A stretch of DNA of 64,000 nt from an uncultured Anaerolinea sp. (GTDB lineage Bacteria > Chloroflexota > Anaerolineae > Anaerolineales > UBA4823): the NCBI GenBank assembly GCA_964595435.1, contig CAZQQJ010000001.1:41464-105463 (forward strand), read 5' to 3'. The notes under the pieces were generated by a model. That model did no database searches. It was not told the origin of the DNA and worked only from the letters and a program-made list of their open reading frames with translations. Each line of letters starts with the position of its first letter. Positions within the stretch are counted from its first letter, which is position 1. The position numbers and the translations under genes were made by a program. Shown one piece after another: positions 18,423-26,879 of this stretch.

Positions 18423-20195
18423 TTATTTCGGCAGCAGGAAGACGTCCTGGAGCAAAACGGCGCCCAGGATATCCCATTTCATACCGTCGATCAGGTCCTT
18501 GCGATAGCCGGTGTAGCTCAGAGTGGAGTACAGTGGCACATTGGGGCGGTTATCCACCAGCAATTGCAGCGCTTCAGCTACCTTCTGCTTGCGCATTTCC
18601 CAATCCAGGGCGGCATCTGCCTCTTCCAGGATCTTGTCCAGATCGGGATTGTTGTAGCGCGTGCGGTTGGAAGCGCCGATGCGGCCGGAGTGGTACAGGT
18701 AGTACAGAATCTGCGGGTCGACCAGGCCGTAATACCACAGGATCATCTGGTGATCGCCCTTGACGGTCATGTCGCGGATCACCTGCGACTCCTTGATGTC
18801 GATGTTGACTTTGACGCCCACATCGGCTAGTTGGGCCTGCAAGGCTTCGGCCACGCGCTTGCGGGCGTCTCCGGTCGGCACCGTCAGAGTGAATTCCATC
18901 TTCTTGCCGTCTTTTTCGTAGACGCCGTCGCTGCCCAGGGTATATCCCTCGGCTTCCAGCATGGACTTAGTCGTTTCGGGATCGTAGGCGCCTTCTTTGG
19001 CCTTGTCCTCGATTTCCTTGCTCCAGCCCATCTCGGTGTTGACCAGGTTGGTGAAAGCGGGCACCGCTTCGCCCTCGTAACCGACCTGGATCAGTTCGTC
19101 GCGGTCGACGGCGTGCGAGATGGCGACGCGCACGTTCTTGTTATCGAAGGGGGCAAACTCGGTGTTGAAGCCCAGGTAGGTGCCGCCGTTTTCCTGTCCC
19201 TCGATAATGGCGATATTGGGGTTGGCGCGCGCCTTTTCCAGGAATTGGGCCGGGACCGGGGCGATGTGAATTTCACCTGCCTCCAGGGCGGCGTAGGTCA
19301 CTGCCTCGTCGCCCATGTACTTGATGAAAAATTCGTCCGGGTACATGGCGCCCTTGTTGTCGTACCAGGCCGGCGCCCAGGCGTAATCTGGATTGCGCGT
19401 GTACAGGACCGACGTCTCGGGCACGATCTCCTTGACGATCCAGGTGCCAGAACCGACCGGCGCCTGGGCGAAGGCATCGGCGCCTTTTTCCTGGTATGCC
19501 TTCGGCGATGGGATCTCCATAGACGACAGTTGGAAGAACAACGGCGCGTAGGGGCTTTCCAGGACGATCACCAGCGTGGACGAATCGGGGGCCTGGACAT
19601 CTTTGACAACACCCGGCATCCAGCCGCCGCCCGGCGAGCCGACCGTCTCATCGCGGAAGTGGTCGAGCACCCATTTGATGGCTTCGGCAGTGACCGGTTC
19701 GCCATCGGTAAATTTGATGTTCGGGCGCACCTTGAAAGTCACCGAGAGGTTGTCGGGCGCAATCTCCCATTTATCTTCCAGCAGATAGCCGGCGTAATCA
19801 CTCAGGTCGGGCTTGAGAGCCAGCAGCGTGTCATAGACCGCATATTGCGGCGTGTCATGCCAGGGGGTGATGAAGGGATCTAGGGTGTAGTAGCCATCCG
19901 TCTCAGCAATAACCAGCCGGCCGCCTTCCTTCACCATGGGTGCTTCTGTGGCGGCAGGGGCTTCGGTCATGGCGGGCGCTTCGGTGGGGGCGGGGGCCTC
20001 GGTCTTGGCGGGGGCCTGGGTCGGAGGGGGTGCAGGGGGCTGGATCTTGGTCGGCTCCGCCTTGGGAGCTTCGGGCGCTTTCGTCTCTGCGGCGGGCGCC
20101 TGGGGAGCTGTGGTTGCCGGCGTGCATGCGGAAAGCAGCATGCTGGTGACAATCAGCACCGAAAAGACTGTGAGTAAAAGGTTTCTCGGTTTCAT
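18423..20195 (-). CDS. ABC transporter substrate-binding lipoprotein, family 5 (peptide/nickel)
   Basis: LLSAC is a lipobox. An Ala/Pro/Thr/Glu-rich linker is followed by an SBP_bac_5 core. Confidence 0.85.
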   Translation of the reverse strand: MKPRNLLLTVFSVLIVTSMLLSACTPATTAPQAPAAETKAPEAPKAEPTKIQPPAPPPTQAPAKTEAPAPTEAPAMTEAPAATEAPMVKEGGRLVIAETDGYYTLDPFITPWHDTPQYAVYDTLLALKPDLSDYAGYLLEDKWEIAPDNLSVTFKVRPNIKFTDGEPVTAEAIKWVLDHFRDETVGSPGGGWMPGVVKDVQAPDSSTLVIVLESPYAPLFFQLSSMEIPSPKAYQEKGADAFAQAPVGSGTWIVKEIVPETSVLYTRNPDYAWAPAWYDNKGAMYPDEFFIKYMGDEAVTYAALEAGEIHIAPVPAQFLEKARANPNIAIIEGQENGGTYLGFNTEFAPFDNKNVRVAISHAVDRDELIQVGYEGEAVPAFTNLVNTEMGWSKEIEDKAKEGAYDPETTKSMLEAEGYTLGSDGVYEKDGKKMEFTLTVPTGDARKRVAEALQAQLADVGVKVNIDIKESQVIRDMTVKGDHQMILWYYGLVDPQILYYLYHSGRIGASNRTRYNNPDLDKILEEADAALDWEMRKQKVAEALQLLVDNRPNVPLYSTLSYTGYRKDLIDGMKWDILGAVLLQDVFLLPK

Positions 20196-20384
20196 CTTTC
20201 TCCTCGTTCAATTGGCGAAATAACATAAGAGTTGGTTATCCATACTGCCAGCTGCAACCGGTGCAGCTATTTTACCGCGCGGGGCGGTTCTCAGTGAGGA
20301 AACGTAAGGTTGTTTACTACGTTATCCTTTCAGGCGCCTCCTTTCTTACCCAGATCCTTAGGGTCTCAGAGTGCGAGTTTTTGC

Positions 20385-21305
20385 TCATCGATAAGCCTGG
20401 CAGGCAAGCAGGCCGATCTCACCCATAGCGGTATCGATGGCAAAACGCCGCGCCCAGTTTGCCTTATGGTCATCTTCGACAGATTCTTCATCCCATAGCA
20501 CAAATACCGACAGGGCGACGTGCGAATCGTCACGCGCGTAGATGATGCCCGAGTCGTTGCGGATGCTATAGAGTGTGCCGGTCTTGTGGGCGATGCGCGT
20601 GCCGACGGGCAGGAAGCGCGGCAGACGCTCGTTCAACTGCTGCTGCAGCAAGATGCCCAACGCCACGTCGCTCCACTGCCGGTCCGGGGTACGGCCGGCG
20701 AAGATATGGCAGAACAGGTCGGTCATATCGCGCGGGGTGGCGACGTTGTTCTCCGGCGTCAGCTTGAAGACGCGGTTGTTGCGGAACTCTTCCCGTCTTT
20801 CGGCGGCGCGCTTTTCTGCCTCGACCTCCAACTGGTATAAATCCTGGGTTGGATCGGCGTTCGGCAGCAGTTCTTCGAATAACTCGCGCACCGTCATACG
20901 GACGTAGATATGATCCAGCCCAAACTGCCTCATGCGGCTGTTGATGGCTTCCTTGCCCAGGCATTTGACCACGATGTCGGTGGCCGTGTTGTCGGAGATG
21001 ATCGTCATCAATGTGAGCAAATCTTTCACCGTGGGCAGCAGGCCATCCTCTAAAAAGGTCAATATGCCGCTGGGCAGGTTCTTATCCTCAGTTTTCAAGG
21101 GCCAGCGGTCTTCCAGCCCGAACTGGTTTTGCGCCATTTGAAAACAGGCCTCGACCAGGACGGGTACTTTGAATACGCTGGCCATCGGAAAGTAGCTGTC
21201 GGCGTCGATCATGACCTCTTCGCCCGATTCGATGTGACGCAGGGCGACGCCGATGCGCGCTGCGCTGCGTTCGATGACTTCCTGGATCTGGTTTTGAAGG
21301 CTCAT
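20385..21305 (-). CDS. class A beta-lactamase-related serine hydrolase, no signal peptide
   Basis: SVFK (SxxK), SDN and KTG motifs are present. Start at MSLQNQ (rc 21303-21305). Confidence 0.8.
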   Translation of the reverse strand: MSLQNQIQEVIERSAARIGVALRHIESGEEVMIDADSYFPMASVFKVPVLVEACFQMAQNQFGLEDRWPLKTEDKNLPSGILTFLEDGLLPTVKDLLTLMTIISDNTATDIVVKCLGKEAINSRMRQFGLDHIYVRMTVRELFEELLPNADPTQDLYQLEVEAEKRAAERREEFRNNRVFKLTPENNVATPRDMTDLFCHIFAGRTPDRQWSDVALGILLQQQLNERLPRFLPVGTRIAHKTGTLYSIRNDSGIIYARDDSHVALSVFVLWDEESVEDDHKANWARRFAIDTAMGEIGLLACQAYR

Positions 21306-21309
21306 TGGG

Positions 21310-21999
21310 TCACTCCTGCAGTTCAGTGGTGATAAGGTTTTCACAATCATCTGTTTTCACAGCCGCAGCTTTGCCTTTGCGGGATGACAAGGGATCGAAG
21401 CGAGGCTCGGAGATGGGCGTGATCAGCCAGGTAAAGCGGATATGGGTCAGGGCTTCCTGGGGGATACCCTCTGCCTGGTTTCGACGATCCAATTCGATAT
21501 AATGATCTGCCAAGCGGCGCAATTCCTTGATGAATTCGCAAGTCTGCTGCGGCGTCAGGCGCGCTTCATCCTGGAAATTGAAGCCAATTTTTGCCAGTGA
21601 CTGGCTGGTTTCCGGGCGGGAAATGTCGGACCGGGCGATTTCCAGCATCATTTTCATCAGTTCCCCCACCGCCTCGCCAGTCTGGATACCATCGCCATTT
21701 TCGGCGGTGCTGGCCCGGTATTGGTCCACGAGGTGGTCGGAACGATACTGGCGTGCCTGGGCGCGGTAATATTTCTCTACCAATCCATTGTGGATCTGTT
21801 CTTTCAAGAAAACGACCAGGTCAACGCTTTCGAGGACTTTGAGGTGATAATGTGCCAGGGAGCGGGTGATGCCCAACGCCCGGGCGAGTTGAGCCGAAGT
21901 CATCGGTTGTTCGACGAGCAGGTTCAACATTTCCCAACGGGTGGGTACCCGCAGGGTTCTGATTTGTTCCAGGTTGGAAAAATAATAGATATCTTCCAT
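21310..21999 (-). CDS. ArsR-family HTH transcriptional regulator with C-terminal extension
   Basis: LLVEQPMTSAQLARALGITRSLAHYHLKVLESVDLV is a winged HTH. It lies 4 nt upstream of the beta-lactamase-like gene. Confidence 0.75.
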   Translation of the reverse strand: MEDIYYFSNLEQIRTLRVPTRWEMLNLLVEQPMTSAQLARALGITRSLAHYHLKVLESVDLVVFLKEQIHNGLVEKYYRAQARQYRSDHLVDQYRASTAENGDGIQTGEAVGELMKMMLEIARSDISRPETSQSLAKIGFNFQDEARLTPQQTCEFIKELRRLADHYIELDRRNQAEGIPQEALTHIRFTWLITPISEPRFDPLSSRKGKAAAVKTDDCENLITTELQE

Positions 22000-22021
22000 T
22001 TATTTATTGCAATTGCGGCTG

Positions 22022-22063
22022 GTCAACTTGACTGACTAGTAAGTCACGACTTACGCTTAAGTC
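22022..22063. promoter_or_regulatory. cluster of palindromes upstream of ArsR-family gene (candidate operator)
   Basis: GTCAACTTGAC (22022-22032), GTAAGTCACGACTTAC (22039-22054) and GACTTACGCTTAAGTC sit in an AT-rich divergent intergenic region, 23-60 nt upstream of the ArsR start. Confidence 0.35.
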
Positions 22064-22125
22064 TGATTATACAATTAAAAAAACGAATGTCAAGTTAATA
22101 TTCCCGGGCGTGTTATTAAAGTTAC

Positions 22126-22154
22126 TTGACTCTGACCGGTATTTATGCTATGAT
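22126..22154 (+). promoter_or_regulatory. sigma-70-like promoter (TTGACT-17-TATGAT) facing lacI-family gene
   Basis: TTGACT lies at 22126-22131, then a 17-nt spacer, then TATGAT at 22149-22154. Confidence 0.45.
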
Positions 22155-22307
22155 TTTTATGGAAACGCTTCCATTTCTTATTGGTAAAAATGCTGCCGTC
22201 TGGCCCTTGTTTGTATCCATATATGGCACGATAATGCCCTTTAACCGCATAAATCGACGATATATTTGGTTTGAATCCAAATTATTCAGCAAGAAAATCT
22301 AAATTTA

Positions 22308-22321
22308 TGCAAGCGCTTACA
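22308..22321. promoter_or_regulatory. LacI/GalR-family operator palindrome overlapping lacI-family start codon
   Basis: TGCAAGCGCTTACA fits the TGnAAnCGnTTnCA consensus. Its last base is the A of the ATG at 22321. Confidence 0.5.
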
Positions 22322-23361
22322 TGACCAGGCTTGAGAAATCCCCTAAAAAAACTACGATTATCGAGGTCGCCGCTGAAGCTGGCGTTTCGTTCGCTACGGT
22401 ATCGCGGGTCATTAATAACGATATCCATGTCAAATTGGCTACCCGAGAACGGGTTATGGCTGCCATGCAGCGATTGGGGTTTGTTGCCAATCGCCAGGCG
22501 CGCAGCCTGGCCGGGGGAAAATCGAACATGATCGGCTTGCTCGTGCCTGATCTTGGGACAGGCTACATTGGGGAAATTATCCGCGGGATCGATACCGAAC
22601 TGAGCTTGTCGGATATCGATCTCATCCTTTACACCACGCACCGCACCGCTGCAAAAGAGGCAAATTATGTCGCCGATCTGGCGCGCGGCATGGTGGATGG
22701 CCTGTTGCTTGTACTCCCCCGCAGCCCGGTAGATTATATCGCCACGCTCACCCAACATGATTTCCCATTCGTCTTGATCGATCATCAAGGGACGGGCGAG
22801 AATTGCCCTGCGGTGGGCGCGACCAACTGGCAAGGGGCCTATACCGCGACGGAATATCTCATCTCACTTGGGCACAGACGGATCGGTTTTATCACCGGCT
22901 CCATGGATCTCGGCTGTGCTGAGGATCGTCTCAAGGGGTATCGTTCAGCGCTTCGCACTTACCATATTCCCGAAGCGCGTGAGTTGGTTTATGAGGGTAC
23001 CTTTTTCCAGTCGGATGGTTATGCCGGGGCGTGCGCACTGCTTGACCTGGACGATCCTCCGACTGCAATCTTTGCTTCCAACGACGTGATGGCTATGGGC
23101 GTTATGGACGCAGTTCGGAATCGGGAGCTGCGCATCCCGGATGATATTTCCGTAATCGGGTTCGATAACATCCCGCAGTCGGCGATGGTCTATCCTCCGT
23201 TGACAACTGTGCAGCAGCCTCTCGAGCAAATGGGGCGCGTTGCTGCGCAGATGTTGCTCGGAATTCTAAATAATGTTGAAAAGGATACCAGCCGAATCCA
23301 GCTTCCCACCGAATTGATTATTCGCAGTTCGACCTCATCTCCAAGGGGCAGGGCTGGCTAA
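22321..23361 (+). CDS. LacI-family transcriptional regulator
   Basis: The N-terminal HTH is [22 protein letters not shown], followed by a periplasmic-binding-fold sugar-sensor domain. Confidence 0.9.
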   Translation: MTRLEKSPKKTTIIEVAAEAGVSFATVSRVINNDIHVKLATRERVMAAMQRLGFVANRQARSLAGGKSNMIGLLVPDLGTGYIGEIIRGIDTELSLSDIDLILYTTHRTAAKEANYVADLARGMVDGLLLVLPRSPVDYIATLTQHDFPFVLIDHQGTGENCPAVGATNWQGAYTATEYLISLGHRRIGFITGSMDLGCAEDRLKGYRSALRTYHIPEARELVYEGTFFQSDGYAGACALLDLDDPPTAIFASNDVMAMGVMDAVRNRELRIPDDISVIGFDNIPQSAMVYPPLTTVQQPLEQMGRVAAQMLLGILNNVEKDTSRIQLPTELIIRSSTSSPRGRAG

Positions 23362-23512
23362 CCGTCGAAGTCATCCAGCCCTGCCTGCAACGTGTGAGGC
23401 CCTAACACAAGAAAGGAGCATCCACACATTCAAATTATACGCTAATATCCCTTTTCTCGTTTGTTTTAACGAATTCAAGTTGTGAAGTGTTGTCTTTCAA
23501 AGGAGAAGAAAA

Positions 23513-24916
23513 ATGACGCACAAGTTTTTCACTTTGGTGAGCATCTTGCTCATTGCAGCATTTGTATTAGGTGGATGCGCCGTCCCGGAGACGAGCGTCC
23601 CGCCCACACAGCCGCCAACGAAGGCTCCTGCCGCTGCAGCGCCTACGCAACCTCCACCCACAGAGCCCCCCCCTCCGCCGACTGCAACCGAGGTCCCGGT
23701 TGAGCCTACCGCCACCGAAGCCCCAAAGGTCACCATCACCTGGTGGCACATTCAGGTCGCGGACGATCAAAAGGCGCTCTGGCAGCAGATGGCCGACGAT
23801 TACATGGCTGCCCATCCAAATGTCACCATCGAGATCACCGTTCTCGAAAACGAGGCGTTCAAGACCAAGCTGACCACCGTCATGCAATCTGGAAATCCCC
23901 CCGACATCTTCCAGAGCTGGGGTGGTGGCACGATGAACGAATACGCCACAGCGGGGCTGCTCAAGGATATTACCGCAGACCTGGAAAAAGATGGCTGGAA
24001 AGATACGTTTTCACCCGGGGCGCTGGGCGTCTATAGCTACCAGGGGAAATATTATGGCGTGCCGCGTGATATGGGCGCGGTCGGTTTCTGGTACAACAAG
24101 GATTTGTTTGCCCAGGCCGGTATCGAAGCTCCGCCGAAGACCTGGACCGAGTTTTTGGAAGTCGTCAAGAAGCTGAAGGCAGCCGGCATCACCCCCATCG
24201 CCCTGGGCGAGGGAGACAAATGGCCTGGCGGTTTTTGGTGGGAATATCTCGCTGTCCGGATTGGCGGAAAAGCCGCCTTTGACGCAGCTTACAGCCATAC
24301 AGGCGCCTTCACCGATCCTCCGTTCGTCGAGGCCGGCAAAAAGCTCCAGGAACTGATCGCCCTCGAGCCGTTCCAGGATGGCTACCTGGGCGCGTCCTGG
24401 CCGGATGAACAGGTTGTTATGGCCACCAGCAAGGCCGCGATGGACTTGATGGGGCAATGGGCTCCCGGCGCTTTCAAGGATAGCAGCGTCGATAAGAAGG
24501 GATTGGGCGACAAACTGGGCTGGTTCCCCTTCCCGGCTGTTGAGGGAGGCGCTGGCGATCCTGCCGACGCGCTCGGCGGTGGGAACGGTTTTGTCATCGG
24601 CAAGGACGCTCCACCGGAAGCTGTGGACTTCCTCAAGTATCTCAGCAGTGTGGATTCGCAAATTGCCCAGGCCAAGATTGGCCTGTCGGTGCCTGTCGTC
24701 AAGGGCGCCGAGGTTGGCCTGACTGACCCGATGCTTGTCCTCGTCCAGCAAGGCGCCGCCGCCGCCAAATACTTCCAGCTTTATTACGACCAGGCGATGC
24801 CGCCGGCAGTGGGCTCGGTCGTCAATGATAGCGTTCAGGGAATTTTTGCTGGCACGATGACGCCTGAACAGGCTGCTGCAGCAATCGAAGAATCGGCCAA
24901 GCAAGAAATTAAGTAA
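23513..24916 (+). CDS. sugar ABC transporter substrate-binding lipoprotein (SBP family 1)
   Basis: Lipobox LGGC, a Pro/Thr linker and an SBP_bac_1 core. GGAG RBS. Confidence 0.85.
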   Translation: MTHKFFTLVSILLIAAFVLGGCAVPETSVPPTQPPTKAPAAAAPTQPPPTEPPPPPTATEVPVEPTATEAPKVTITWWHIQVADDQKALWQQMADDYMAAHPNVTIEITVLENEAFKTKLTTVMQSGNPPDIFQSWGGGTMNEYATAGLLKDITADLEKDGWKDTFSPGALGVYSYQGKYYGVPRDMGAVGFWYNKDLFAQAGIEAPPKTWTEFLEVVKKLKAAGITPIALGEGDKWPGGFWWEYLAVRIGGKAAFDAAYSHTGAFTDPPFVEAGKKLQELIALEPFQDGYLGASWPDEQVVMATSKAAMDLMGQWAPGAFKDSSVDKKGLGDKLGWFPFPAVEGGAGDPADALGGGNGFVIGKDAPPEAVDFLKYLSSVDSQIAQAKIGLSVPVVKGAEVGLTDPMLVLVQQGAAAAKYFQLYYDQAMPPAVGSVVNDSVQGIFAGTMTPEQAAAAIEESAKQEIK

Positions 24917-24975
24917 GCTGCCTTTGGGCAGGAAAGTGCGGGGATTGGGTCTGGCTGTTCTCGATCCCCGCACTT

Positions 24976-25953
24976 TTGGCAAAGAAAGCAGGAGACCCGT
25001 CTGCCATGCATGTTGCTCCTTTCGATAAAGATGCCCTGGGGCGCCATCCAGAGCCTCACCGATCCAGCCGTATTCAGGATAAATGGATCGTCGTTTTGTT
25101 CCTGCTGCCATCTTTTACGATTTTTGCCGTTTTCGTTATCTACCCGATTTTTCAATCCGTTTATTACAGTCTTTTCAACTGGAAAGGCTTTGGCCCGGCG
25201 GTCGACTTTATCGCCCTGGACAACTACAGGCGTATCCTGACCGACCGCGTGTTCATGATTGCAGTGAGGAATAACCTCGTGATTGTCGGGCTTTCCCTGG
25301 TCCTGCAATTACCGTTATCCCTGGCTTTGGCGATCCTGGTGGGGCGCGATTTACCAGGACGCGCCTTCTTCCGCACAATCTTCTTCATGCCCTACGTTTT
25401 TTCCGAGGTCATCGTAGCCATCATGTGGCTGCTGCTATTCAACCCGGACCCGGAACGCGGCCTGATCAATGCTCTCATCATTCTTATTCCGGGCGTCAAG
25501 TCCCAACCCTGGTTAGGCGATCCGAACACCGTTTTGATGTGCATTTTTGTCGTCCTGACCTGGAAATATTTCGGCTTTCACATGCTGTTATACCTGACGG
25601 GGCTGCAGAACATCCCGACGGAAATCGAAGAAGCTGCCCGGATCGATGGGGCGAACCGGAGCCAGTTGTTTTTCCGGATCACTTTGCCCTTGTTGAGCAG
25701 CACCATTCGCACGTCGGTATATCTGTCCGTTCTTGGGTCGCTACAGCAGTTTATTCTGGTCTGGATTATGACCCATGGCGGGCCGGTAAATGCCAGTGAG
25801 GTGATGTCGACGTATATGTATCGCTTCGGTTTTGTGCGCTTTTATCTCGGATACGGCTCGGCGGTAGCCATCGTGATGTTCTTGATTTGCCTGGGCTTTT
25901 CGTTGGTTTATCAGCGCCTGGCGCCCCAACAAGATTACCTGGGCGGTATTTAG
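24976..25953 (+). CDS. sugar ABC transporter permease (MalF/UgpA-like)
   Basis: BPD_transp_1 is present, with EAA-loop EIEEAARIDGANRSQLFFRITLP. Start may be the ATG at 25006. Confidence 0.8.
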   Translation: MAKKAGDPSAMHVAPFDKDALGRHPEPHRSSRIQDKWIVVLFLLPSFTIFAVFVIYPIFQSVYYSLFNWKGFGPAVDFIALDNYRRILTDRVFMIAVRNNLVIVGLSLVLQLPLSLALAILVGRDLPGRAFFRTIFFMPYVFSEVIVAIMWLLLFNPDPERGLINALIILIPGVKSQPWLGDPNTVLMCIFVVLTWKYFGFHMLLYLTGLQNIPTEIEEAARIDGANRSQLFFRITLPLLSSTIRTSVYLSVLGSLQQFILVWIMTHGGPVNASEVMSTYMYRFGFVRFYLGYGSAVAIVMFLICLGFSLVYQRLAPQQDYLGGI

Positions 25954-25966
25954 AAAGGATTGGAAC

Positions 25967-26821
25967 ATGACGACCCATCCCAAGCGCCGGAATGCGTTGC
26001 AAAAACATTTGCCCAGGATCGCTCAATACCTTGTTCTATCGTTGTTCGTGCTGATCATCGTTGTGCCCATCGTAATGATCGTTTTCGGCGCGCTCAAGAC
26101 GCGCGGCGAGTTCATGACGCGCCCATATACACCTCCGATCCCCCCAAACTGGGATAACTTCCGCAAGATTTTAAACCAGCCATCCTTCTGGCGCATGCTG
26201 CGCAACAGCCTGTTCGTTATGCTGGCGACAACCGGCAGTGTGGTTTTTGTTTGCAGCCTGGCTGCCTTTGTGTTTGCGCGCATGGAGTTCCGTGGCAAGG
26301 GACTGGCGTTTAACCTGTTCACGTTGGGTTTGATGTTCCCCATCAACGTTGCCATCCTGCCCGTCTACCTTGTGCTTCGGCAGATGGGGCTGACCAACCA
26401 CCTTTCAGGGGTCGTTTTGATCCAGGTCGCTTTCCTGCTTTCCAGTAATATCTTGATTTTGCGCGGCTTTTTTGCGGCCATCCCGGTTGAACTGCAGGAT
26501 GCCGCCTTAATCGATGGTTGTACGATCGCAGGCTTTTTCTGGCGCATCCTGCTTCCGCTGGCGCGCCCGGCGCTATCGGCAATCGCGGCATTGACGATGA
26601 TCGTCAGTTGGAACGATTTGCTCGTGCCGCTCGTGGTATTGGATAAGGACACGCTCTGGACGCTGCCCCTGGGAACCATGCAGTTTCAGGGCCAATATGG
26701 CCAGGACCTGGCGCTGGTGGCGGCCTTCTTAACTTTATCTGCCATACCCACGGTTGTTTTCTACTTTTTCGCCGAGCGGCAAATCGTCTCAGGTCTTACA
26801 GCCGGGGCGCTCAAAGGCTGA
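25967..26821 (+). CDS. sugar ABC transporter permease (MalG/UgpE-like)
   Basis: EAA-loop ELQDAALIDGCTIAGFFWRILLP. Confidence 0.85.
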   Translation: MTTHPKRRNALQKHLPRIAQYLVLSLFVLIIVVPIVMIVFGALKTRGEFMTRPYTPPIPPNWDNFRKILNQPSFWRMLRNSLFVMLATTGSVVFVCSLAAFVFARMEFRGKGLAFNLFTLGLMFPINVAILPVYLVLRQMGLTNHLSGVVLIQVAFLLSSNILILRGFFAAIPVELQDAALIDGCTIAGFFWRILLPLARPALSAIAALTMIVSWNDLLVPLVVLDKDTLWTLPLGTMQFQGQYGQDLALVAAFLTLSAIPTVVFYFFAERQIVSGLTAGALKG

Positions 26822-26879
26822 TCCGAATCGCGATCCGAGCGGTATCCTACAGGACATATCATTACGAGGAGTTTCGTGT

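Noticed and set aside
18831-19883. 350-aa plus-strand ORF
   Set aside because: Antisense to the family-5 substrate-binding protein gene. No motifs.
19950-20150. Short GC-rich direct repeats (GCTTCGGTGGGGGCGGGGGCCTCGG-like)
   Set aside because: They encode the Ala/Pro/Thr/Glu-rich linker of the substrate-binding lipoprotein. Not a CRISPR array (no regular spacer/repeat periodicity) and not an independent element.
20243-20261. Hairpin AGCTGC-aaccggt-GCAGCT upstream of the peptide SBP gene
   Set aside because: Short 6-bp stem, no U-tract on either strand. Likely incidental.
24011-25111. 366-aa minus-strand ORF
   Set aside because: Antisense to the sugar-binding protein and permease genes of a coherent LacI-regulated operon.
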